Source of the DNA: an uncultured bacterium
GTDB lineage: Bacteria; Oederibacteriota; JAAXVQ01; JAUVAV01
DNA: 64,000 nt
Assembly: GCA_963710755.1 (NCBI GenBank)
Contig: CAVQBK010000003.1
Coordinates: forward strand, 64,001 to 128,000
Reading direction: 5' to 3'
The translations under genes were made by a program, and so were the position numbers. The notes below the pieces were generated by a model, which did no database searches, was not told where the DNA came from, and saw only the letters and a program-made list of their open reading frames with translations. Positions 9,712-19,442 of this stretch are shown piece after piece. Positions within the stretch are counted from its first letter, which is position 1; the number at the start of each line of letters is the position of its first letter.

Positions 9712-11456
9712 GCCCCTCTGGTTTTGTAATACCCTTCCCACAACCCCTGAATAAATTTGGCCACATTCTGTCCCAGCGTACGTATCCTATAACCACCCTC
9801 TTGCACCACCAAGGTGGCATAATGCAGCCGGCCCAGCCTATGCCCATGGCGATGAAAATCATGGCCAATGAAAGGCCAAGAACCGGTAGGATCGCCTTTG
9901 GCCGTATCCGCTCCGAAAGCAATGACCAGAAATTTCGGATTAAAGCGGGTTATTTTATGAATAGCCTGCTGCAGGGTGTCTTGATACATCTCAGTGGTAA
10001 TGGTTTCCGGTAAGGGATAATTCCAGTTGTACCCCAGTCCCGGACCATAACCTTTCTCGTCCTTGAAGCCTGTGAAGTAAGGGAAGGCCACATTGGGATG
10101 ACCATGAATAGAGATGGTCAGCACATCGGCCCGGTCGTAAAAAATATCCTGCTGGCCATTACCGTGGTGATAGTCAATGTCCACAACGGCCACCTTGCCG
10201 TACCGGCTCAGATAGGCCGCGGCCACAGCCGTGGTATTGAGATAACAAAATCCGCCGAACAGATTCTTCTCAGCATGATGCCCGGGCGGCCGCACCAAGG
10301 CATAGGCCAGGGCATTGCCCTGAACGAGCTCCTGGGCGGCGCTGAGCGCGCAATCCACTGCGCCCCGTGCCGCCAAAAAAGCATTGCGGTTGATCGGGGT
10401 AAAGGTATCCATGCAGTAATACCCCGCCCGAATGGCCAATTCATGAGGCGGCCGATGAGGATTGCGCACGGGAAACACATAGGGATAAATGGATTTCATT
10501 CCCGACAAGGACAGGCTGACCCGCTTGAGGTAGTGATAAAACCCGGCGGCGTGTACCGCCGTAATATATTTTTCCGGAAAGTGGCCGCTGCGCGCATATA
10601 CACATAATTGTTGTTTGCCCAACTCGCGCAAAATGGCATGAATGCGCACCGGCGCCTCCACATAACCGTTCTGTTTGATATGATGAATATCATGCTGGAC
10701 ATTATAAAACAATTTTATTTTCCGGTCCTCCGGAATGCCGGCGGCAAGCACAGGAACGCTTTCTTGAAGATAACGAAAAGGACGCAATTGCACGGGCTGG
10801 TCATTGATGGAGTGCACCACCTTATCCACGTAAGCCTGAGGGCAAAGATCGCCGTATTTGCGTTCCAAAATAGCCCGCACAATGGCACGGGTCTTACTTC
10901 GGGTGAGCGCCCGGTGCCAGCCCAGGTCATCAAACATTAAGTAAGGGGGACAATCGTCCTGAGCCGTCAGCGGGGTTTCATATAGCGTGTGGATGATGGG
11001 CCGGGCGCCATAACGTTCGTAAAAAGATAAGCGGGAGGCATTTTGCCTTAAGACCTTGGGATCTTGGCACAAGGCCGGGTCATCCGGCAGGCATTCGAAA
11101 AACAGACCCAGCACATCCAGGTAATGGCATTCATCGCGCACCCGTTCATACAACAATCCGCCGATGCCACTGCCGGTCTTGGCTTTGCTGGTGGCAATAA
11201 AATCAAGAAAACAAAAATTCAAATCAGGAGCGTAGTTGAGCAACACAAACCCCTGCACCACATGCTGCAAGGTTTCGGCCACAATCAAAAGGGTTCGGTA
11301 CTTATATTTAAGAGGGTTGTTTAACTCTTCGCGGATTTTTTCAATTTTCTCTTCCTTGATGGCAGGAAACTGGTCGTGTATGATCTGCTGGACCTGACGC
11401 AGCGCATCCTGATCGGGTTCGGTCTGGTCGCTGAGAATCTGGCGCAGGTTGATCAT
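9708..11456 (-). CDS. GNAT-like N-terminal domain fused to a histone deacetylase/acetylpolyamine amidohydrolase domain
   Basis: N-terminal GSGIGGLLY acetyl-CoA loop; C-terminal RPPGHHA, GGFCYLN, DIDYHHGNG, SIHG, G.DT..GDP, QEGGY. Confidence 0.9.
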   Translation of the reverse strand: MINLRQILSDQTEPDQDALRQVQQIIHDQFPAIKEEKIEKIREELNNPLKYKYRTLLIVAETLQHVVQGFVLLNYAPDLNFCFLDFIATSKAKTGSGIGGLLYERVRDECHYLDVLGLFFECLPDDPALCQDPKVLRQNASRLSFYERYGARPIIHTLYETPLTAQDDCPPYLMFDDLGWHRALTRSKTRAIVRAILERKYGDLCPQAYVDKVVHSINDQPVQLRPFRYLQESVPVLAAGIPEDRKIKLFYNVQHDIHHIKQNGYVEAPVRIHAILRELGKQQLCVYARSGHFPEKYITAVHAAGFYHYLKRVSLSLSGMKSIYPYVFPVRNPHRPPHELAIRAGYYCMDTFTPINRNAFLAARGAVDCALSAAQELVQGNALAYALVRPPGHHAEKNLFGGFCYLNTTAVAAAYLSRYGKVAVVDIDYHHGNGQQDIFYDRADVLTISIHGHPNVAFPYFTGFKDEKGYGPGLGYNWNYPLPETITTEMYQDTLQQAIHKITRFNPKFLVIAFGADTAKGDPTGSWPFIGHDFHRHGHRLGRLHYATLVVQEGGYRIRTLGQNVAKFIQGLWEGYYKTRGA

Positions 11457-11971
11457 GGGGCGCTGATGCCGAATTTTTTCATGAACACCACCCGGTCATC
11501 CTGATCCGCATAGTAATCGGGAATCCTGGCCACTTCTGTGTAACCTTGACGCAAATAGAATTGGCGGGTGGGTTCGTACAAGGCGCGGCCCGCGGTCTCA
11601 ATAAAAATAATCTCGCCCTTGTCCGCTTTGATCATCTGCTCCATGCGGATTAACAGTTGCCGGCCAATAGTCTGATTCTGCCAGTCTTTAGCCACGGCCA
11701 GCCAATAAATGTCAAAGCGATGACTGGTTAGAGGAATCGGCCCAAAACAACCATACCCTATCAGACGGCCTTTATGCTCCGCCATGAGAAACTCATAACC
11801 GCTGGCTTGGCCCTGATGAAGACGCGCCTCCACCAGTTCCCTGGCAATCTCGATTTCATTACCGTAAAAAAAGCCGGTACTGCGCAGCAATTCTTCCACG
11901 GCCCCTTGATCTGCGGCGGTCACGTCTTGGCGCCAAGTCAGGTTTTTAAATTCAATTGGACTGAGGTCCAT
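11453..11971 (-). CDS. GNAT family N-acetyltransferase
   Basis: DIYWLAV..WQNQTIGRQLL, IETAG, TRQFY.RQGY, IPDYY. Confidence 0.9.
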   Translation of the reverse strand: MDLSPIEFKNLTWRQDVTAADQGAVEELLRSTGFFYGNEIEIARELVEARLHQGQASGYEFLMAEHKGRLIGYGCFGPIPLTSHRFDIYWLAVAKDWQNQTIGRQLLIRMEQMIKADKGEIIFIETAGRALYEPTRQFYLRQGYTEVARIPDYYADQDDRVVFMKKFGISAP

Positions 11972-12962
11972 GCTGGAACGCCCCCTTTGGTTTCAGCGCC
12001 ACGTCCAGCAGGCGTTGGATAATTTGGGCGGAGGGATAGCCGGCCCGGTCGGCAGCGGCTATAAATCCGGAGTCAGATGCAATGCCCGGATTGGCATTGA
12101 TCTCCAATACCCACAGCCGCCCGTCCTGGTCTTCACGAAAATCCACACGGGCGTATCCATTAAGACCAAAAGTTTGCCAGCACTGCAGCGCTGTTTGCTT
12201 GAGCGATTGGGCCAGGGATTCCTCCTCCACGAATTGCCTTCTGGTTTGTTGGTAGGCCGCGCTGGTGTTCATCCATTTGGCTTGATAGGTCAGAATCTTG
12301 GGTTTGCCCTGCGGCCATTGATCAAAAACAATCTCCGCCGGTGGCAGCACCTCCACACCTTCCTGCTCCTGCTCCACCAAAGCCACATTAAATTCCCGGC
12401 CATTGATGAAAGTCTCGACTAAGAGCGGCTGCCGGTAAAATGCCAGCAGGCGGCGGATTTCCTGCCGCAATTTATCCGGCGCGGTAAAGTAAATATTGTC
12501 ATGAATACCAACGGATGCATCTTCCCAGGCCGGTTTGACGATCCAGGGTCCTGGAATTTCCAACTCTAACGGGCCACCCCGGTAGACTTCCCAGGCTGGC
12601 GTGGGAAGTCGGTGCTTTTCCATCAAAGCCTTGGCCAGCAGTTTATCCGTGGTGGTAAGCATGGCTGCATAATGACAGCCCGTGCAGGGTATGCCCAGCA
12701 CAGCCCACAGTCCTGCTGCCGCAGACTGGATGCGTGGATCATGGCCATGGCTTTCCAGCAAATTAAATACCACGTCCGGCTGGAAGCGTATCAGCCTGGC
12801 CAGGTCCTTGTCCATGCCTCTTTGCCCCAAAGACAGGGCGAAAAGCTGATGCTCATGATGATAGCTGGTCAGGGCTTTGACCACCACATCGGTTTCATCC
12901 AATACATCCATCACATCGGGTTGATTTTTTTCAGGTTGGTTGTAACATACCGCCACTTTCAT
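11952..12962 (-). CDS. D-Ala-D-Ala-ligase-like ATP-grasp enzyme (2)
   Basis: VFNLLE, DKLLAK, IVKP..EDASVGI, VETFINGREFNV, YARVDFR, LEINANPG; ATG 12962 after AGGAG. Confidence 0.88.
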   Translation of the reverse strand: MKVAVCYNQPEKNQPDVMDVLDETDVVVKALTSYHHEHQLFALSLGQRGMDKDLARLIRFQPDVVFNLLESHGHDPRIQSAAAGLWAVLGIPCTGCHYAAMLTTTDKLLAKALMEKHRLPTPAWEVYRGGPLELEIPGPWIVKPAWEDASVGIHDNIYFTAPDKLRQEIRRLLAFYRQPLLVETFINGREFNVALVEQEQEGVEVLPPAEIVFDQWPQGKPKILTYQAKWMNTSAAYQQTRRQFVEEESLAQSLKQTALQCWQTFGLNGYARVDFREDQDGRLWVLEINANPGIASDSGFIAAADRAGYPSAQIIQRLLDVALKPKGAFQHGPQSN

Positions 12963-12971
12963 AACCAACTC

Positions 12972-14000
12972 CTAGGCCACTTTCTTGTCTGTCGCCGGCA
13001 GAGGCGGCATGCGTTTCTGAGCCGAACGGACGATACCTTTGATGAGATCCAAATAAGACAGGCCCAGTTGGCCGCACATGATGGGCAGGTCGGAATCCAC
13101 TGGATTCAAACCCGGCAGAGGATTGATCTCCATAAAATGCAGCTGCCCATGCCGGTCTTCCCGCAGATCCACCCGCGCCACATCCCGGCATTGCAGGACC
13201 TGATAAGCCGCCATGGCTATGGCGCCGGCTTGCTCAATCGCGGCCGGATCGCGGACCAATTCATAGCGCACAAAATCACGGTAATATTTCTTGTTATGGT
13301 AGGAATAAAAATCATCTGTGGCTTCAGGATTTAATTTAATTTCCAGTACGCCCAGCACCCGGGCGGCTGGCCCCGTGCCGATGATGCCCACTGTCAATTC
13401 CCGTCCGGGCAGATATTCCTCCACCAATACCGGCTGACAACAGTGAGCGAGCACTAAGCTCACGGTCTGCTGCAACTGCTGGTAGTCGCGGACCATGGCA
13501 TTGGACAAAATACCCTTGCCCGTGCCTTCATAAGCCGGTTTAACAAACAAGGGATAGGTCAGTGCCTCCTGGTCCATGACGCTATGCAATTGCTCCATGT
13601 TGGTAACCGTTGCAAACTTGGCCGTGGCTACACCCGCACTGGCCACCAAACGCTTGGTAATGGCTTTGTCCAGGCTTACACTCAGGGTCAAGGGATCGCT
13701 AAAGGTGTACGGGATTTGAAAGGCTTCCAGGATGGCAGGCACCTGCGACTCCCGGTTGCGCCCCTGCAGGCCTTCGGCAATATTAAACACCAAGTCCCAA
13801 CGTTGGTTGCAGGCCAGTTGTTTGACCAGGGCATTGACATTGCCGATCATCACCGGCGTGTGCCCCATCTGGGCAACAGCATCGGCGATGGCGCTAATGG
13901 TGTCCTCGGAATCAAACTCCGCGGCCTGTTCCTCGCTCAGACCAGCGGCCAAATAAACTTTTTTCAAATCATAGGTTAGTCCGATTTTCATTTTGGTCAC
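12972..14000 (-). CDS. D-Ala-D-Ala-ligase-like ATP-grasp enzyme (1)
   Basis: AEFDS, VFNIAEG..GRNRESQVP, FVKPAYEGTGKGI, VEEYLPGRE, ARVDLR, EINPLPGL. Confidence 0.9.
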   Translation of the reverse strand: MTKMKIGLTYDLKKVYLAAGLSEEQAAEFDSEDTISAIADAVAQMGHTPVMIGNVNALVKQLACNQRWDLVFNIAEGLQGRNRESQVPAILEAFQIPYTFSDPLTLSVSLDKAITKRLVASAGVATAKFATVTNMEQLHSVMDQEALTYPLFVKPAYEGTGKGILSNAMVRDYQQLQQTVSLVLAHCCQPVLVEEYLPGRELTVGIIGTGPAARVLGVLEIKLNPEATDDFYSYHNKKYYRDFVRYELVRDPAAIEQAGAIAMAAYQVLQCRDVARVDLREDRHGQLHFMEINPLPGLNPVDSDLPIMCGQLGLSYLDLIKGIVRSAQKRMPPLPATDKKVA

Positions 14001-14027
14001 CTTTACTCAAAACATACCGGTCGGCCC

Positions 14028-15323
14028 TTAGGCCGTCTGGCTGCGTGCTCGCCGCCGTTGCCAGCGCTCGCTCTGCAGGGGAGCCACGATGCGCGTGCCA
14101 GGGACGGCATTGGGTTTTAGAAGCTGTGGCCGTTTGCCCGCGTATCGCCGGCCGCGGTCAGAGCTCTCCTGCGGGTTTTCACAAATCACGATCATACCTT
14201 CATAATTGCGCAACATCACTTCCTGAGGACTGGCACTGAGCAGGTAGAAAGGTTGCAAGGGAATCTTGCCGCCGCCGCCGGGTGCATCCACCACGAAGGT
14301 GGGTATGCACATACCCCCGGTATGACCACGCATGGCCTCGATGATCTCCAGGCCTTTTAAGATATTGGTCCGAAAATGATCCACCCCGGACACGGGATCG
14401 CATTGGAACAGATAATAGGGCCGCACCATGATCCGTTGCAGGGCATGATTGAGTTCCAGCATGGTTTCCACCGAATCATTGATGCCTTTGAGCAGCACGG
14501 TCTGATTGGAAACAGGAATGCCGCCCAATTGCAGTTTGTTACATGCTTCCTGAGCCTCCGGGGTAATTTCCTGCTTGTGATTAAACTGGGTATTGATCCA
14601 CATGGGCCGGTGTCTTTTTAACACCTCCACCAGTTCATCCGTAATGCGCATAGGCAATACCACCGGAACCCGGGTGCCGATGCGGATCACTTCCAGATGC
14701 GGTATTTTTCTCAAGTCCGACAAAAAACCGTTGAGCAGATCCAGATTCATAATCAACGGATCGCCGCCGGAAATAATGATCTCGCGCACCTTCCTGGTAT
14801 TCTTGACATACTCCACCATTTTTTGCAGATCCAGACGTGAGCAGGCGTACTCCCCATTTTTCCAGATGCGCTTTCTGGTGCAATGACGGCAATACATGCT
14901 ACAGGTGTTGGTGACAATGGCCAGCACCCGGTCAGGATAACGATGCACCAGATTGGGCACAGGCATGTCTTTTTCTTCCTCCAAGGGATCATCATGACCT
15001 GCAAGGCCGGAATCGATCTCCTTGAGATCGGGCAGGCATTGCTTGCGAACGGGATCATCAGGATCATCCCAGTTAATCAAGGAGAAGTAATAGGGTGTGA
15101 TCGCAAACGGATAAAGGGCATTCAATTTTTTATACTTCGATACCTGATTGGGACTTAAGGGCAGTACTTCCGCCAGCTTGTCTAGGGAGCGCAGCCGATT
15201 GGCCATTTGCCAGCGCCAGTCCTGCCATTGCTCCAAACTTGTTTGCGGCCACAGTTGCGCCATGACCTTTTCATTCAGTTGTTCCGTGCTGTAACTCGGC
15301 GGCTCGTTGTCTTCTTGTTTCAT
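14028..15323 (-). CDS. kamA: KamA-family radical SAM enzyme (lysine 2,3-aminomutase-like)
   Basis: W.DWRWQ, ITPYY, HRYPDR, CSMYCRHC, ISGGDPL, RIGTR.PVVLP.R, PYYLFQCD, DAPGGGGK (PLP lysine). Confidence 0.92.
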   Translation of the reverse strand: MKQEDNEPPSYSTEQLNEKVMAQLWPQTSLEQWQDWRWQMANRLRSLDKLAEVLPLSPNQVSKYKKLNALYPFAITPYYFSLINWDDPDDPVRKQCLPDLKEIDSGLAGHDDPLEEEKDMPVPNLVHRYPDRVLAIVTNTCSMYCRHCTRKRIWKNGEYACSRLDLQKMVEYVKNTRKVREIIISGGDPLIMNLDLLNGFLSDLRKIPHLEVIRIGTRVPVVLPMRITDELVEVLKRHRPMWINTQFNHKQEITPEAQEACNKLQLGGIPVSNQTVLLKGINDSVETMLELNHALQRIMVRPYYLFQCDPVSGVDHFRTNILKGLEIIEAMRGHTGGMCIPTFVVDAPGGGGKIPLQPFYLLSASPQEVMLRNYEGMIVICENPQESSDRGRRYAGKRPQLLKPNAVPGTRIVAPLQSERWQRRRARSQTA

Positions 15324-15725
15324 TCACTTTCACCTCAAGTCCGGCCTGAGCAGGGCCGTTAGATAGTAGTTGGAGGCGTATTGGTCGTGGTTATAGTTGG
15401 GATCATAGCGTTTCCATGAAAAACAATACAAATTTAATTTTTATGATTTAATATTTTTTTTATTTGACAAAGCGCTTGCCACGGCTCACATGTATTTAAG
15501 GCTTTTAATTTAGTCTTTTTATGCCTATTTTGGTAAAATTCATAAAAACAGCCTTATTTGCACGTGTTTTTAAAAGGAAAAAAGTAAACTTTGTTTTTAT
15601 CCTGTATTTATGGGGGAAAATGATGGTTTTTCGGCTGAGGCTGAGGACGACGATTTTTTTTAGATCTTTTTTGTGCCAACTAACGGTGGTGTTATAATGG
15701 GGAAACATTTATTCCCGGAGGACCC

Positions 15726-16139
15726 ATGGACCAGGATGCTTACCTAGCTCATTTATTGGATACGATTGACGGTCTTTACACCGGTTTGCGTTCCAAAAAG
15801 ACATCCTTAAGTGTTGAGGCTTATAAAGCCTTGCTCAATGATTATTATCTGAAACATTTCGGCTTTGACCGCCGTACCGGTAAGATGACCACACAGGATT
15901 ATATTACCAAGACCTATTGTCAGCAGAATCCTTTTCCGCTGGATAAATGCCTGCTGCTGGCCTGCTTTCTGTTGGAAGACGTAACCTTGAGCCAGGAAGA
16001 TGTGGCTGAGCAAAAGCGACTGTTAAAAAAAGTGCAGTTTATTGACAGCATGATCACCCGTCATCATCCGAACTTGGTATATGAGCCCTTTAAAAAAGAA
16101 TTGTCCCTTTGGACGGCCAAGGTGCAGGAACAGGAATAA
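15726..16139 (+). CDS. Hypothetical protein
   Basis: 137-aa ORF with GGAGG RBS; no recognisable motif. Confidence 0.7.
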   Translation: MDQDAYLAHLLDTIDGLYTGLRSKKTSLSVEAYKALLNDYYLKHFGFDRRTGKMTTQDYITKTYCQQNPFPLDKCLLLACFLLEDVTLSQEDVAEQKRLLKKVQFIDSMITRHHPNLVYEPFKKELSLWTAKVQEQE

Positions 16140-16181
16140 ACTACCCTGCTCTTCAGAGACCGTGTCCTAGCCATTTTTTGT

Positions 16182-16289
16182 CGTCATCCCGGCGTCGACG
16201 AAAGTCGAAGATCCAGCGCAAGCTGGACCGGAATCGGAGGGCCTTGATTTTAAGGTCTTTTCTGGACCCCGGCTTTCGCCGGGGCGACG
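16182..16289. repeat. REP-like palindromic element between convergent genes
   Basis: cgtcatcccggcg ... ctggaccccggctttcgccggggcgacg inverted ends with a GC hairpin. Confidence 0.6.
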
Positions 16290-16434
16290 GCTATAGGGCG
16301 CCCTCAGATTAGCTTGTCCCCATATCATAGGATATTTTTAAAACCGAATAGTTCCCTAGCGCCAAAATAAATATTCAGTCTTAATTTAAAGGACTTTGAC
16401 CAACCTAATTGGAGAAGATCTATTAAAGCATCTA

Positions 16435-17733
16435 TTAAAACACCGATTTAAGCAGCACGTTAATCAGATCCTCATCGCGGTAATGGATGGTCAAACCGGC
16501 TTTGTAATAAGGATGACGGAGGATGTCTTCCGCGCCGGCGCTGAGTTCGATCAGATCCATAAGCACCACCCCCACGCGCGCATCGAGCTGCAGGGGATTG
16601 AGATCCACCCGATAGGCATCGAGAAGCACTTTAAAGTTGTCATCCATCATGCGCAGATCCAGGCCGGCCACAAAATAATCATCCTTGATCAGCCCGCCGC
16701 GGATATAAAGCGGGGTCTGGAGAATACGCCAGGCCAGCTGGGCTTCCAGTGTGGTCTGGTCGGTTTCCTCTCCGTAGAGACCGGTCACCTTTTGAATACC
16801 CAACATGTAATAACGCTGATCGCTGGGCCAGATATGCATCTGGGCAAATCCACCGGCAATATTACTTTCATATTTATTTAGTCCAAAACTCAGATCAAAG
16901 CGGATACGGTCGATTTTTTCCTGGTATTCACCGACCCGTTTGACCACCCGCGACGCCGTGGTCACGGTCTCGTCAATTTTCTCCTTGGTCTCAGGAGAAA
17001 TCAGGGTCTGTTCTGCGTTTTTCAGATCGGCCACCACCACCCGGATATCTTTAACGGAAGCCACCAGTTCGTCATAAAGTTCGGGATCCTTCATCAGCTT
17101 CTGAGCCGTACCTTCATTGTCATTCAGCGTACGGGCAAAAGTATGCAGCTGGCTTAGAACCTCACGCAATTCATGGTAAAGACCGGGGTCCTTGGTCAGT
17201 TGCCCCAGGCTGCCTTGGCCGTTGGCAATATCACTGCTGATCTCGTCCAGATTGCGCAGCAGGCTTTTGGCGGAGACCATCATGCTGTCCAGATCACCGG
17301 CCAGTTCCTTGGCCGGCACGCCCTCAAGCACCGCGCCATTGGCCACCATGGGGGCATTGCTGCTGCCCGGGGTAATATCCACGAACATGTCTCCCAAGAG
17401 CCCCATGCCCTTAATTTGAGCCTGAGCATCATTTTTAATATAGGCTTGAATTCTTTTTTCCACTTCCATAACCACCCGGATAGTGGCTGGATTGCTGCCT
17501 TTGACAAAATCCACCTTTTTAACCGAGCCCACTTCCATGCCTGAAAACCACACCGGTGAAGAGGCCCGCAGACCGGCCACATTAGGGTAATAAGCAGTCA
17601 GTTCGATTTTTTTGGAGAAGGGATTGACGCCCTTGGTGGGGAAAATCATGGCCAGCAAAGCAATACCGAGGGCCAGAGTAAATAATGTTCCCACTCTTAA
17701 TTTCATAGCTGCGTGATTGCGACTGCTCCTCAT
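16435..17733 (-). CDS. mlaD: MlaD/MCE family protein with long helical region and extra C-terminal domain
   Basis: N-terminal TM, GL...SPV...G.EVG.V, GLLGD.FVDITPG, GSLGQL.KDP.LY repeats; ATG 17733 after AAGGA. Confidence 0.85.
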   Translation of the reverse strand: MRSSRNHAAMKLRVGTLFTLALGIALLAMIFPTKGVNPFSKKIELTAYYPNVAGLRASSPVWFSGMEVGSVKKVDFVKGSNPATIRVVMEVEKRIQAYIKNDAQAQIKGMGLLGDMFVDITPGSSNAPMVANGAVLEGVPAKELAGDLDSMMVSAKSLLRNLDEISSDIANGQGSLGQLTKDPGLYHELREVLSQLHTFARTLNDNEGTAQKLMKDPELYDELVASVKDIRVVVADLKNAEQTLISPETKEKIDETVTTASRVVKRVGEYQEKIDRIRFDLSFGLNKYESNIAGGFAQMHIWPSDQRYYMLGIQKVTGLYGEETDQTTLEAQLAWRILQTPLYIRGGLIKDDYFVAGLDLRMMDDNFKVLLDAYRVDLNPLQLDARVGVVLMDLIELSAGAEDILRHPYYKAGLTIHYRDEDLINVLLKSVF

Positions 17734-17756
17734 GTCACCATCCTTAAGGTATATTC

Positions 17757-17931
17757 GCCAGGCACTGATTTCTAACCGGCAGAGTCGGAATAAAAGGTTG
17801 GTCTCGCGCCAAGCCGCCAAGAAAATTAAAACAAAGCCTTATTTAAGCTTTTAATCGCAAAAAGATTTTATCTTTTCTTTGCGCCTTGGCGGCTTGGCGA
17901 GAGTATTTCTTTCAAACCGTGCCAGGCACTG
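17757..17931. mobile_element. MITE-like insertion between mlaF and mlaD
   Basis: Perfect 15-bp inverted repeat cgccaagccgccaag (17807-17821 / 17885-17899) around an AT-rich core; 11-bp direct repeat gccaggcactg at 17757 and 17921. Confidence 0.5.
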
Positions 17932-17961
17932 TTTCCAAGGCCGCTAAGTTGAGGCGCCTCT

Positions 17962-18684
17962 TTATTGAAAATAGCGATCGATCATCGTGCTATGTTGTCG
18001 CATAAAGGCTTTTTTTGTGCCGCTCCAGGCCACTTGCCCCTGGCGAATTACTAAAAAATGGTCAGCCACTTTTTCGGCATCATCCAGATTGTGGGTGACA
18101 ATAATACTGGCCACATGATGGTCCTCTTTTAATTTCTCGATCAATTCCAAAATGCTGCCGCGCGACACCGGATCAAGACCCGTGGTTGGTTCGTCATATA
18201 AAATAAGTTCCGGCTTGTAAATCAGAGCCCGCGCAATCGCCACCCGGCGGCGCATACCTCCCGAGAGTTCATCGGGCATCATGTCAATCGTATGGCGCAG
18301 TCCCACGGTGGCGAGCATATCCAGAACCTGATCTTCAATGTCAGCGTGGGTCTTTTTGTTGTGCTCCATGAAATAATAGCCTACGTTTTCACCGACCGTC
18401 ATGGAATCAAAAAGCGCACCGTCCTGGAAGACCATGCCAAAGCGCTTGCGGATATCCACCAATTCGTCATAGGGCACACGGCTGATATCACGGCCGTGGA
18501 TGAGCACCCGCCCCTGGTCCGGTAAGGCCAGGCCGAGGATGATCCTAAGAATCGTGCTCTTACCTGAACCGGAGGCGCCCAGAATGGCCAGGGTGGTCTG
18601 CCCCTGCACGGTCAGGGATACCTGTTGCAGGATTTGTTTGCCGCCAATACTATAGTCAATGTGATCCAGTTCCAGCATGATCAA
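17962..18684 (-). CDS. mlaF: MlaF-type ABC transporter ATP-binding protein
   Basis: GASGSGKS, FQDGALFDSMTVGENV, LSGGMRRRVAIARA, YDEPTTGLDP. Confidence 0.92.
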   Translation of the reverse strand: MIMLELDHIDYSIGGKQILQQVSLTVQGQTTLAILGASGSGKSTILRIILGLALPDQGRVLIHGRDISRVPYDELVDIRKRFGMVFQDGALFDSMTVGENVGYYFMEHNKKTHADIEDQVLDMLATVGLRHTIDMMPDELSGGMRRRVAIARALIYKPELILYDEPTTGLDPVSRGSILELIEKLKEDHHVASIIVTHNLDDAEKVADHFLVIRQGQVAWSGTKKAFMRQHSTMIDRYFQ

Positions 18685-19442
18685 ACCCCAAACATTTTGA
18701 GCACTACAAAACCAATAAAATAATTGGCCAAAAAAATCACCACTGAACTGGTCACCACGGCGCTGGCCGCGGCTTCACCCACGCCGCGTACGCCTTTGGA
18801 AGCGCGCAGGCCCATGTAAGTGGCAATACTGGCAATGATCAGGCCGAAGATAAAGGGTTTGATCATCCCGCCCGAAAGATGGCGCATGATAAAGGCTTTG
18901 CGGGCTTCGAACCAAAACATGCCCGGCGACACATGGGATACCAGGAATCCACCCAGCATGGCGATCAGATTGGTGACCATGGTGCACGCCGGCGCCATAA
19001 AAAATAAAGCCACCAGCCTGGGCGTCACCAGTTTTTGCATGGGATCCTGTCCCAGGCCTTCAATGGAATCAATCTGCTGGGTGACTTGCATAGAGCCCAG
19101 TTCTGAAGCAATGCGTGCCCCCAGCCGGCCGGCCAGCATAAGGCCGGTTATGACCGGTCCCAGTTCACGCACTGTGGCCACGGCCAACATGCGGCCGATA
19201 TAGACCTTGGCTCCATAGACCGACATCTCCGCTTCCAACAACAAGGTGATGGCCATGCCGATAAACAATCCCGTGGCCACCAGAATGCCGATGGACTGCA
19301 CGCCCAGTGCATCCATTTGTTCTATGACGTCCCGGGCATGGGGCGGCCTTTTTACCAACGACAGCAGGGCCTGGCCGACAAAAATAAAATAATCGCCCAC
19401 AGCATTGATGGTCTTTTTTATTTTTTCAATCAACTCCTGCAC
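18681..19442 (-). CDS. mlaE: MlaE-type ABC transporter permease
   Basis: RELGPVITGLMLAGR.G..IASELGSM.VT.QID, LVTPR, GVG.A; GTG 19442 after AAGGAGG. Confidence 0.92.
   Translation of the reverse strand: MQELIEKIKKTINAVGDYFIFVGQALLSLVKRPPHARDVIEQMDALGVQSIGILVATGLFIGMAITLLLEAEMSVYGAKVYIGRMLAVATVRELGPVITGLMLAGRLGARIASELGSMQVTQQIDSIEGLGQDPMQKLVTPRLVALFFMAPACTMVTNLIAMLGGFLVSHVSPGMFWFEARKAFIMRHLSGGMIKPFIFGLIIASIATYMGLRASKGVRGVGEAAASAVVTSSVVIFLANYFIGFVVLKMFGV

Noticed and set aside
11952-14000. Cell-wall ddl or van resistance ligases
   Set aside because: Lack the GG.S.E N-terminal motif and any mur or van context; linked to kamA instead
14028-15323. EF-P modification enzyme EpmB
   Set aside because: Longer KamA-type protein; no efp or epmA adjacent
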